NCBI GenBank assembly: GCA_943359335.1
Contig: CALRHC010000001.1
Coordinates: 22,466-86,465, forward strand
Length of the DNA stretch: 64,000 bases
Source: Candidatus Yanofskybacteria bacterium
GTDB lineage: Bacteria; Patescibacteriota; Minisyncoccia; JACQLN01
Reading direction: 5' to 3'
Below are positions 48,241 to 56,313 of this stretch, piece by piece (the stretch's first letter is position 1; every line of letters begins with the position of its first letter). The notes under the pieces were generated by a model that was not told where the DNA came from, did not search any database, and saw only the letters and a list, made by a program, of their open reading frames with translations. The position numbers and the translations under genes were made by a program.

Positions 48241-48798
48241 ATGACTTTAGATATCGGTTTAGGTATTTTATTTTCGATTTTAGTTTCTAAAATATTCAAT
48301 ATAGAATTAACGCCACAACTTATAATGATTGGTGCTGGTTTTTCTTTGTTGCCAGATTTAGATGTTTTTGTAGAATTAGCAAAGCGAGGACGAATAGGTG
48401 GTAGGGTTCAAGGGCATCATCGCGAATTAACACATTTTCCTTTAACTTTTTTGATAGTTGCTGTACTAGTTTATATATATTTTGGAGGGGTTTGGTTTTC
48501 TCTTTTTTCTTTAACTATTTTGGCTCATTTTCTACACGATAGTTTCGGAATGGGTTGGGGGATACAATGGTTATGGCCTTTTACTAATAGGGCTTACAAA
48601 TTTTTTTCTAATAAAGACGGCAGCTTTTCGAAAAACTTTATTGTTTCTTGGAAACCCAATGAATTAAAAGAGACAATAAAAAAATATGGAGATGATCATT
48701 GGCTTAGGAATTACTATTTAAAATTGCACCCAATAGCCATTTTCGAATTTTTGTTTTTGGTTTTTTCTCTAATAGTGCTATATATAAGTTTACAATGA
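48241..48798 (+). CDS. Membrane metal-dependent hydrolase (YdjM-like)
   Basis: LLPDLD, HRELTH, HFLHD, WLWP. Confidence 0.8.
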   Translation: MTLDIGLGILFSILVSKIFNIELTPQLIMIGAGFSLLPDLDVFVELAKRGRIGGRVQGHHRELTHFPLTFLIVAVLVYIYFGGVWFSLFSLTILAHFLHDSFGMGWGIQWLWPFTNRAYKFFSNKDGSFSKNFIVSWKPNELKETIKKYGDDHWLRNYYLKLHPIAIFEFLFLVFSLIVLYISLQ

Positions 48799-49166
48799 TT
48801 TACTTAGGAATTGATTACGGCGAAAAGAGAATAGGTTTGGCTAAGGGTGATAGTTTATTGAAAATAGCCACACCTTTAAAAACTATTTTAAATGGTGAAG
48901 GTGTTTTAAATGAACTCGCGCACATTGTTAATACAGAAGTTGTAGAAAAGATAATTGTAGGCATACCCGTAAGTTTTAATGGCGAAGTAAACGAATTTGC
49001 TGAAAAGATAATAGAATTTTCCGAAGATTTGGAAGCCAGAACCGATATTCCAGTTGAAACTATCAATGAAATTTTTTCTTCTAAAATGGCTGGTCAAAAT
49101 TCTACTAAAATAGATGAATCTTCCGCGGCCTTAATTTTGCAAACATACCTTGACAAAAGGGTATAA
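48795..49166 (+). CDS. ruvX: YqgF/RuvX nuclease
   Basis: LGIDYGEKRIGLA, IVGIP, SAALILQTYL. Confidence 0.9.
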   Translation: MIYLGIDYGEKRIGLAKGDSLLKIATPLKTILNGEGVLNELAHIVNTEVVEKIIVGIPVSFNGEVNEFAEKIIEFSEDLEARTDIPVETINEIFSSKMAGQNSTKIDESSAALILQTYLDKRV

Positions 49167-49229
49167 ATTTTGTAAGTTATTGTTTATAAATTTGTTCTTT
49201 TCACCATCAAATAGAAAGGATGGTTGGTT

Positions 49230-49400
49230 ATGCTAGGTTTGCAAGAGATTGTGAGCTTTTTAACTCCGTCAAGTTGGAAGAGTTTCTTATACGGAGGTGT
49301 TGCTTGCCCAGTAATTTTATGTATATTTTTTGTTATAGTACTTCTTTGTTTTTGGGTGGTGGGCGATTTGCGGTCAAGGCGACGCGTAAGGAGAGGTTAA
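49230..49400 (+). CDS. Small single-pass membrane protein (not in ORF track)
   Basis: MLGLQEIVSFLTPSSWKSFLYGGVACPVILCIFFVIVLLCFWVVGDLRSRRRVRRG*; AAAGGA upstream. Confidence 0.55.
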   Translation: MLGLQEIVSFLTPSSWKSFLYGGVACPVILCIFFVIVLLCFWVVGDLRSRRRVRRG

Positions 49401-49401
49401 T

Positions 49402-49704
49402 ATGACAGAAAAAGTTCCTTTTAAATGTGCGGTTTGTGGAAACACAAGTTATGAATCAATAGGTCACTCTTCAAGAGAGTCTAGGGTGGGTATAGTAGGT
49501 ACTTTCAGAGCTGTAAATCTTTTCGCTTGTACAAGATGCACCAATGTTTTTACAGATCCAAAAAAATTCACTTCCATCATTGGTATAATGCCGCTCTTAA
49601 GCAATCAAGAAGAAGAGCTCGAGAGGGATATGGAGTTTATCGATAAAACTGGTGAAGAAATCCAAGCCTTAGGAGTAATAGGAGGAGAATCGGCGTTCCA
49701 TTAA
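49402..49704 (+). CDS. Small zinc-ribbon-like hypothetical protein
   Basis: CAVC...CTRC; AAGGAGAGG SD; hairpin 49744-49769 downstream. Confidence 0.6.
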   Translation: MTEKVPFKCAVCGNTSYESIGHSSRESRVGIVGTFRAVNLFACTRCTNVFTDPKKFTSIIGIMPLLSNQEEELERDMEFIDKTGEEIQALGVIGGESAFH

Positions 49705-49814
49705 AAAACTCCGAGCTGAACGTCTATGTATATGTCGGCGATTACGGTTCCGTATAAAAACGGAGCCGTTTTTATTTGGCTTTAAATGTTGTAGAGTGAT
49801 AAAATTAAAATATT

Positions 49815-50552
49815 ATGAATCCCTATATCTCTGTCGTTATTCCTTCTTATAACGAGGAAAAAAGAATAGCTAAAACCTTGCAAAGGTTTAAAGAATATTT
49901 ATCGGTTCAAGATTACACTTACGAAGTTTTGGTTGTAGTGGATGGTGCTCGCGATAATACCGCCGAAGTTGCCGAAAAATTTAGTTTAGATTGGACGCAA
50001 TTAAAAGTTGTTAATAATAAACAAAATCATGGTAAAGGTTTTGTGGTTAAGCAGGGAATGCTAGAAGCTAAGGGCGAATATAGAGTTTTTACCGATGCCG
50101 ATAACTCTACCGATATTAAACATTTGGAAAAAATGATTCCAAAGTTTAAAGAAGGTTTTAAAGTTGTTATTGGTTCACGCGATTATAAAGATGCGATTGG
50201 TGCTAAACAGGCAATTCCACAATCTGGTTTTAAACGTTTACTGGGTAATATGGGTAATATTTTTATTCAAGTTGTGGCAGTTTTTGGTATATGGGATACC
50301 CAAGCTGGTTTTAAGGGTTTTTCGGCTGAGGCCGCAGAGAAAATATTTTCTAAGGCAACAATTGAACGCTGGGGTTTCGACATCGAGGTTTTGGCCCTTG
50401 CCCGCAAGTTTGGTTATAAAATTGCAAAAATTCCTTTGTATTGGGAAAACGATACAGAGAGTCATGTAAAGTTATCTAGTTATTTGGGTGTTTTACGTGA
50501 CACTGTGAAAGTAAGGATTAACTTATGGAGTGGAAAATATAATGCAAAATAA
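49815..50552 (+). CDS. GT2 polyprenyl-phosphate glycosyltransferase (dolichyl-phosphate beta-glucosyltransferase-like)
   Basis: SVVIPSYNE, HGKG, FTDADNS, DTQAGFK, FDIEVL. Confidence 0.9.
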   Translation: MNPYISVVIPSYNEEKRIAKTLQRFKEYLSVQDYTYEVLVVVDGARDNTAEVAEKFSLDWTQLKVVNNKQNHGKGFVVKQGMLEAKGEYRVFTDADNSTDIKHLEKMIPKFKEGFKVVIGSRDYKDAIGAKQAIPQSGFKRLLGNMGNIFIQVVAVFGIWDTQAGFKGFSAEAAEKIFSKATIERWGFDIEVLALARKFGYKIAKIPLYWENDTESHVKLSSYLGVLRDTVKVRINLWSGKYNAK

Positions 50553-51537
50553 AAAAGATATTTCAGAACTTCGCCAAGATCCAGTTAGCCGTGATTGGAT
50601 TATAATTTCTTCTGGCAGATCTAAAAAGCCGGATTTTTTTGGGTCGAACAAAAATCTCCACGAAGAAACGCCCATTAATCTTTGTCCTTTCGAAGACCCC
50701 AAAGCTCACGGTAATGAAATTGTAAAAAATTATTCATCGGGTATAAAAGTGGTTAATAATAAATTTCCCATAATAAGGGGCGAGGTTTGTAATTCAGAAA
50801 AAAGATATGGTCCGTATTTAATAAAAGATTCAGCAGGTTATCATGAAGTTGTAATTTTTAAAGATCATAAAAAAGGTATAGCCGAATTAGATAGCGAAAG
50901 CGTTTGGCAAATTGTTTCGGCTTATCACGATAGATATAACAATCTTAAAAATAAAGAATGCGCTAATTATATTTTAATAATTCATAATCATGGACGTGAG
51001 GCTGGGGCTTCGGTTTCTCATCCGCATTCCCAAATATTAGCCATACCTTTTATACCGTCGGATATTAGCCGGAGTTTATCTGGTTCGGCTATATATAAGA
51101 TGGAAAGAAAGCGTTGCGTCCATTGCGATATTATAGAATGGGAACTTAAAGAACAAAAAAGAGTAATATTCGAAAATGATAGTTTTGTAGCGTTGGTGCC
51201 TTATGTACCAAGATTTTCGTACGAAATAAGAATTTTTCCTAAAAAACATCAAGTCTTTTTTGAAGAAGCGGATAATTTAGAATTAAAAGATTTTGCCGAA
51301 GCCTTAAGAGTTTCTTTAGCCAAGATTTTTCATGGCTTAAATAATCCTGCCTATAATTTTTTTATACATACTCCGTCCACCGATGCCGAACATGATTACG
51401 GTTTTTACCATTGGCATTTAGAAATAAACCCAAGATTAGGCGTTTGGGGCGGTTTTGAATTAGGTACGGGCGGTGAAGTTATAAATACTGACCCAGATGA
51501 AGCAGCGGAATACCTTAGGAGGGTGAATTACGAATAA
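50542..51537 (+). CDS. galT: Galactose-1-phosphate uridylyltransferase (GalT/HIT family)
   Basis: SELRQDP, CPF, NKFP, GASVSHPHSQ, YHWHLE. Confidence 0.88.
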   Translation: MQNKKDISELRQDPVSRDWIIISSGRSKKPDFFGSNKNLHEETPINLCPFEDPKAHGNEIVKNYSSGIKVVNNKFPIIRGEVCNSEKRYGPYLIKDSAGYHEVVIFKDHKKGIAELDSESVWQIVSAYHDRYNNLKNKECANYILIIHNHGREAGASVSHPHSQILAIPFIPSDISRSLSGSAIYKMERKRCVHCDIIEWELKEQKRVIFENDSFVALVPYVPRFSYEIRIFPKKHQVFFEEADNLELKDFAEALRVSLAKIFHGLNNPAYNFFIHTPSTDAEHDYGFYHWHLEINPRLGVWGGFELGTGGEVINTDPDEAAEYLRRVNYE

Positions 51538-51599
51538 AGAATTAAGAATTATGATAAGAAAGTTTTTTCTTAATTCATAATTCCTGATTCATAATTCTT
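51525..51599 (+). repeat. Intergenic hairpin of ~7-nt tandem units (GAATTA type)
   Basis: GAATTACGAATAAAGAATTAAGAATTATGA...TCTTAATTCATAATTCCTGATTCATAATTCTT. Confidence 0.75.
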
Positions 51600-51602
51600 T
51601 TT

Positions 51603-52340
51603 ATGAAACTTATTATTGCCAATTGGAAATTAAATCCAACGACATTAAACGAGGCTATTGCTTTAGTTTCTGGTTTAGCTCATTTAATGAAAGTAGAAGA
51701 ATTTGAAAGGATTGTTATTTTGCCGCCATTTATTTTTTTAGAAGAATTAGTAAAACGTTTTAAGCATTTTAAATGGGGAGCCCAAAATGTTTTTTGGGAA
51801 AAGATAGGCGCTTATACCGGTGAAGTTTCTTTGCCGATGCTAAAGGGCGTTGGCGCGGAATGGGTTTTAGTGGGTCATTCCGAGCGTCGTTTAATTTTTG
51901 GTGAAACCGATGAAGATATTAATAAAAAAATGAATACAGCTTTAGAAGCTGGTTTTAATGTAATAGTTGCTGTAGGCGAACTTCAGAAAGATGATCACTC
52001 GGATGAAGTTATAAAAAGTTTTAAAAAAAGTATTACGGGCGCTGATAAATCAAAATTAGAAAAATTAATTGTGGCTTACGAACCTGTATGGGCTATAAGT
52101 ACTACACCCAATGCTAAGCCAGATAACCCAGCGCGGTCTAACCAAATAATAGGGGAACTTAAACATACTGCATTTAAAATGTTTGGCGAAGATTCTAAAA
52201 AGATAAAGTTTTTGTATGGCGGTTCGGTTAATGCAGAAAATGCAAGTAAGTTTTTAAGTGAACCATATATTGACGGCGCTTTGGTGGGTGGAGCTTCTTT
52301 AAAAAGTGATGAATTTTACGAAATAATAAAAAAATCATAA
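51603..52340 (+). CDS. tpiA: Triosephosphate isomerase
   Basis: ANWK, GAYTGEVS, GHSERR, AYEPVWAI, LVGGASL. Confidence 0.97.
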   Translation: MKLIIANWKLNPTTLNEAIALVSGLAHLMKVEEFERIVILPPFIFLEELVKRFKHFKWGAQNVFWEKIGAYTGEVSLPMLKGVGAEWVLVGHSERRLIFGETDEDINKKMNTALEAGFNVIVAVGELQKDDHSDEVIKSFKKSITGADKSKLEKLIVAYEPVWAISTTPNAKPDNPARSNQIIGELKHTAFKMFGEDSKKIKFLYGGSVNAENASKFLSEPYIDGALVGGASLKSDEFYEIIKKS

Positions 52341-52343
52341 CCA

Positions 52344-53525
52344 ATGTTACCTAGTTTAAAAAAAATAACCGATCTAAATGGAAAAAAAGTTATTTTAAGA
52401 GCCGATGTTAATGTACCTATTGTTGATGGCGAAGTAGCAGTGGGGGCGGATTGGCGGATTCGCGCGATTTTGCCCACTTTAAATTATCTTTCCAATGCTG
52501 GAGCAAAAATAATAATAATTGCTCATTTAGGCAGACCAAAAGGGCATGATATGCATTTTAGTTTGTACCCAGTTTTTTCTAGGTTAAAAGAGCTGTGGCA
52601 CAAGGATAAAATATTTTTTAGTACTGAAGTTATTGGTAAGGAAACAGAAAATAAAATAGCTAAATTAAATGAAGGTGAGGTCTTAATGTTGGAAAATTTA
52701 AGGTTTCACAAAGAAGAAGAATCTAACGAAGAAAATTTTTCTAAAAAATTGGCTAGTTACGGCGAAATTTTTGTAAACGATGCTTTTGCCGCTTCGCATA
52801 GGGCACATGCCTCCATTGTGGGTTTGCCAAAATTTTTAAAATCTTACGCCGGTTTTCTTTTAGAGAAAGAGGTTTCTATTTTAGGAATGATTAGGGCTAA
52901 ACCTCGTCACCCGTTAGTTTTTATAATGGGTGGAGCCAAGGCTGATACAAAACTAAAATTGATTAAGGAATTTTTAAATAAATCCGAAGCAATTTTACTA
53001 GGCGGTATTTTAGCTAACACCGTTCTTAACGCTAAAGGTTTAAGCGTGGGCCAGTCTTTAGTAGAAGAAAAATTGTTAGCCGAGGCCAAAAGAATTAGTT
53101 CTGCTTCTAATAATTTATTTTTGCCAACAGATGTTTCTGTTACAGAATCTTTAGCCAGAGCTAAAAATATAGCTACAAGAAAAATAAAAGATGTTAAACC
53201 CGAAGAATTTGTGGTTGATATCGGGCCGGAAACAATTTTTTCTTTTAAAAAAATAATTAAAACAGCCAAGATGATTGTTTGGAATGGTCCGGTAGGCTAT
53301 GTTGAATTGCCCGATTTTAGAAAGGGTTCGTTAGAAATTGCTAAAGCCGTAGCCGAAAACAGTGGAGAGAAAATAATAGGTGGGGGAGACTTGATTGGTT
53401 TTTTAGCCGAAGAAGGTTTAACGGATAAAATGACATATATTTCCACAGGCGGAGGTGCGATGTTAGAATTTTTGGCAGGAGATGAACTGCCTGGGGTAAA
53501 AGTGTTAGAATCATGGAGTAAATAA
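52344..53525 (+). CDS. pgk: Phosphoglycerate kinase
   Basis: RADVNVP, HLGRP, ENLRF, NDAFAASHR, STGGGA. Confidence 0.97.
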   Translation: MLPSLKKITDLNGKKVILRADVNVPIVDGEVAVGADWRIRAILPTLNYLSNAGAKIIIIAHLGRPKGHDMHFSLYPVFSRLKELWHKDKIFFSTEVIGKETENKIAKLNEGEVLMLENLRFHKEEESNEENFSKKLASYGEIFVNDAFAASHRAHASIVGLPKFLKSYAGFLLEKEVSILGMIRAKPRHPLVFIMGGAKADTKLKLIKEFLNKSEAILLGGILANTVLNAKGLSVGQSLVEEKLLAEAKRISSASNNLFLPTDVSVTESLARAKNIATRKIKDVKPEEFVVDIGPETIFSFKKIIKTAKMIVWNGPVGYVELPDFRKGSLEIAKAVAENSGEKIIGGGDLIGFLAEEGLTDKMTYISTGGGAMLEFLAGDELPGVKVLESWSK

Positions 53526-53532
53526 AATTGAC

Positions 53533-55248
53533 ATGAAATATAAATGGATTTTTAATGATCAGGCCGAGCCTGATTTTTTATCTAAAGCGCCGGAATATTC
53601 AGAAATAATATCTGCACTGCTTTTGGATAGAGGTTTAGATTCTAAAGAAAAAATAGAAAGTTTTTTTAATCCGGAATATTCTACCGGTTTGCACGATCCT
53701 TTTTTACTTAAAGATATGGATAAAGCTTGCGAGCGTGTCAAACGCGCTATAGCTAACAAGGAAAAAATTGTTATCTATTCCGATTACGATGTAGATGGCG
53801 TTTGTTCGGCTACAGTTTTAGGAGAATATTTTAAAAGCATAGATTATCCAATAGAGGTGTATATGCCCGATCGGCAAAAAGAAGGTCACGGTGTTAATCA
53901 AACTGCTTTAGAATCAATTATAGCTAATGGAGCTAAACTTATAATAACTTTGGATTGCGGTACTACTAACATTAAAGAAATAGAGTGGGCGAAAAATAAT
54001 GGGGTAGATATGATCGTGGTAGATCACCATCAAACCGTGGCAGGAAATCCAGCGACAGTGGCTTTTGTAAATCCCTATCAAGAAGGCGACACATATCCGT
54101 TTAAGGGTTTGTGTGGCACGGGACTCGCTTTTAAATTACACTGCGCTCTTAAGGGTGGAGATAGTTCTTCGCCGAAATGGCTTTTAGATTTAGTGGCTAT
54201 GGCTACTGTAGCCGATATGATGCCACTTTTGGATGAGAATAGGATGTTGGTTAAATATGGTTTATTTGTTTTAGCTAAAACAAAAAGAGTTGGTTTAAGA
54301 AAATTAATGGAATCAGCTGGAGTTGAGGCTAAATATAATTTAGAAACCATTAGCACTAATCTAGATAGCTTTACTTTGGGCTTTACTTTAGGCCCACGCA
54401 TAAATGCGGCAAGCCGTATGGCTCATGCCAATTTAGCTTACGAACTTTTAACCAGTAACGATGAATCTAAAATAGATGAATTAGTTTTATCTCTTAACGA
54501 TAATAATCGTAAACGTCAGCAAGTTGTAGATAAAGTTTTAAAAGATGTTCGTTCCAGAATAGACGCTTATTCAGAATTACCTAGTTTTATAGTGGAGGGT
54601 TCATCTGATTGGTCTATTAATCTTTTGGGTTTAGTAGCTTCAAAAATTACAGAGCGTTATCAAAGGCCAGTGTTGTTGTATCAAAACAAAGATGAGACTA
54701 AGGCCAAAGGCTCGCTTCGTAGTATAGACGGTTTTAATTTAATTGATGCCTTAGGATCGATTAGCAATTTACTTATTCAATATGGTGGGCATACTGCTGC
54801 GGGCGGTTGCACCTTCGAAATTTCTAATGCAGAAAAAGTAAAACTAGGTTTAGATGCTTATGCTAAAAATATTTTAACTCCAGAATTATTACAAAAAAAG
54901 TTAAAAATTAGCGCAGAAATAAATTTGGCTAAAATAGATTGGCCACTAATGGAAACACTCAAAAAATTTGAACCATTTGGCATGGCAAATCCTAAGCCAA
55001 AGTTTTTAAGTAGAGATATCGAAGTTACAAAACTGGTATTACTAGGGCAGAAAGCGGAACATTTAAAAATTTTTATAACCGATAAAAAAATAAATAAAAC
55101 TTTTCCAGTTTTGTTTTTTAGACATAATGGACTTGCCGAAGATTTTAAAATCGGCGACACTTTAGATGTTGTTTACGAGTTAGATATTAACGAATGGAAC
55201 GGGAATAGGGAAATACAATTAAAATTAATAGATTATGCCAAAAAATAA
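53533..55248 (+). CDS. recJ: ssDNA exonuclease RecJ
   Basis: DYDVDG, DHH, TVAD, PRINAASR, GGH, EPFG. Confidence 0.96.
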   Translation: MKYKWIFNDQAEPDFLSKAPEYSEIISALLLDRGLDSKEKIESFFNPEYSTGLHDPFLLKDMDKACERVKRAIANKEKIVIYSDYDVDGVCSATVLGEYFKSIDYPIEVYMPDRQKEGHGVNQTALESIIANGAKLIITLDCGTTNIKEIEWAKNNGVDMIVVDHHQTVAGNPATVAFVNPYQEGDTYPFKGLCGTGLAFKLHCALKGGDSSSPKWLLDLVAMATVADMMPLLDENRMLVKYGLFVLAKTKRVGLRKLMESAGVEAKYNLETISTNLDSFTLGFTLGPRINAASRMAHANLAYELLTSNDESKIDELVLSLNDNNRKRQQVVDKVLKDVRSRIDAYSELPSFIVEGSSDWSINLLGLVASKITERYQRPVLLYQNKDETKAKGSLRSIDGFNLIDALGSISNLLIQYGGHTAAGGCTFEISNAEKVKLGLDAYAKNILTPELLQKKLKISAEINLAKIDWPLMETLKKFEPFGMANPKPKFLSRDIEVTKLVLLGQKAEHLKIFITDKKINKTFPVLFFRHNGLAEDFKIGDTLDVVYELDINEWNGNREIQLKLIDYAKK

Positions 55249-55684
55249 TAAAGTAGTTGTTTATACAGACGGTGGTTCTAGGGGTAATCCTGGCCCATCG
55301 GCGGTTGGAGTGGTGGTTTACGATGAATCGGAGAAAATAGTAAAAGAATATAATCAGGTTCTAGAAGTTTCTACCAATAATGAAGCTGAATACGAAGCGG
55401 TTATTTTTGCTTTAAAAAAACTAAAACAGCTTTTCGGTAAGGATGGCACTAAAAATTTAGATATAGAATTTAGAATGGATAGCCAGCTTATTGCTTCGCA
55501 ATTAGGTGGTAAATTTAAAATAAACGAAGAAAGAATGCAGGCACTTTTTATTAAGGTTTGGAATTTAAAATTTGAATTTGGAAATATAATCTTTAAATAT
55601 ATTCCACGCGAACAAAACAAACGCGCTGATCAATTAGTAAACGATGCGCTTGACGGCAAAGGAAAAAACGATAAATTACTCTAA
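55235..55684 (+). CDS. rnhA: Ribonuclease HI family protein
   Basis: YTDGGSRGNPG, TNNEAEY, DSQL, PREQNKRAD. Confidence 0.9.
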   Translation: MPKNNKVVVYTDGGSRGNPGPSAVGVVVYDESEKIVKEYNQVLEVSTNNEAEYEAVIFALKKLKQLFGKDGTKNLDIEFRMDSQLIASQLGGKFKINEERMQALFIKVWNLKFEFGNIIFKYIPREQNKRADQLVNDALDGKGKNDKLL

Positions 55685-55688
55685 AAAC

Positions 55689-55724
55689 AAAACATCCAGC
55701 TCGCCTAGAGAGCTGGATGTTTTT
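55689..55724. terminator. Bidirectional terminator between rnhA and rnpB
   Basis: AAAACATCCAGCT-cgcctagag-AGCTGGATGTTTT. Confidence 0.8.
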
Positions 55725-56170
55725 GTTAAGAAAGTCGTAAGCCGAATTCTGTCTTGCCTCAACGGCAAGGATAATCATCTGTCTGGGATTGTTATTGCTA
55801 ACAACCTCTGGCGACTCTTCCTTAATAATTTAGATTACTAAGGACACGGTCTTGCACCAAGTGGGGTTTACAACTATTTAGTATTGCTACTAAACAGAAT
55901 CGCGTTTGACGCGACACTTTTCACCTTTAGACTCAATTTTTACATTGAGCTTAGTATAGTCTCTGTTGCATAGGCTCACGGAATCAGCTGTCATCAATGA
56001 ACCTATATCCAATAAAGGACACTTTCCCTGGGCTTGAACCTAATTTTCATTAGATCTGCTCCCGGTTGCATTTCGCAACCACTTGTTTCCTCCGTTTATT
56101 CAACGGATTCGGTGTTCGGACTTTCCTCAATCCATTTTTAGATGAATTGCGATTATCTCACTTTCTTAAC
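55725..56170 (-). ncRNA. rnpB: RNase P RNA
   Basis: Minus strand GAGGAAAGUCCGAAC ... ACAGAAUUCGGCUUAC (P4), UGCAACAGAG, GGUGAAA, UAAACCCC; P1 GUUAAGAAAGU/ACUUUCUUAAC. Confidence 0.95.
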
Positions 56171-56313
56171 AATATAATGATAATGTTTTTGTTATATTTA
56201 GTCAATATTGAATTTGGCATAACAATACCCAGCTTACCTAGAAAGCTGGGTATTGTTATTATCAAGGTGTTACTGATAAACTTAATAGATATTTCTTTTA
56301 TTTTTCTTACTAA

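Noticed and set aside
49220-49405. 61-aa ORF from the track
   Set aside because: Its ATG overlaps the SD-like AAAGGA; the alternative frame 49230-49400 has better spacing and a coherent TM topology
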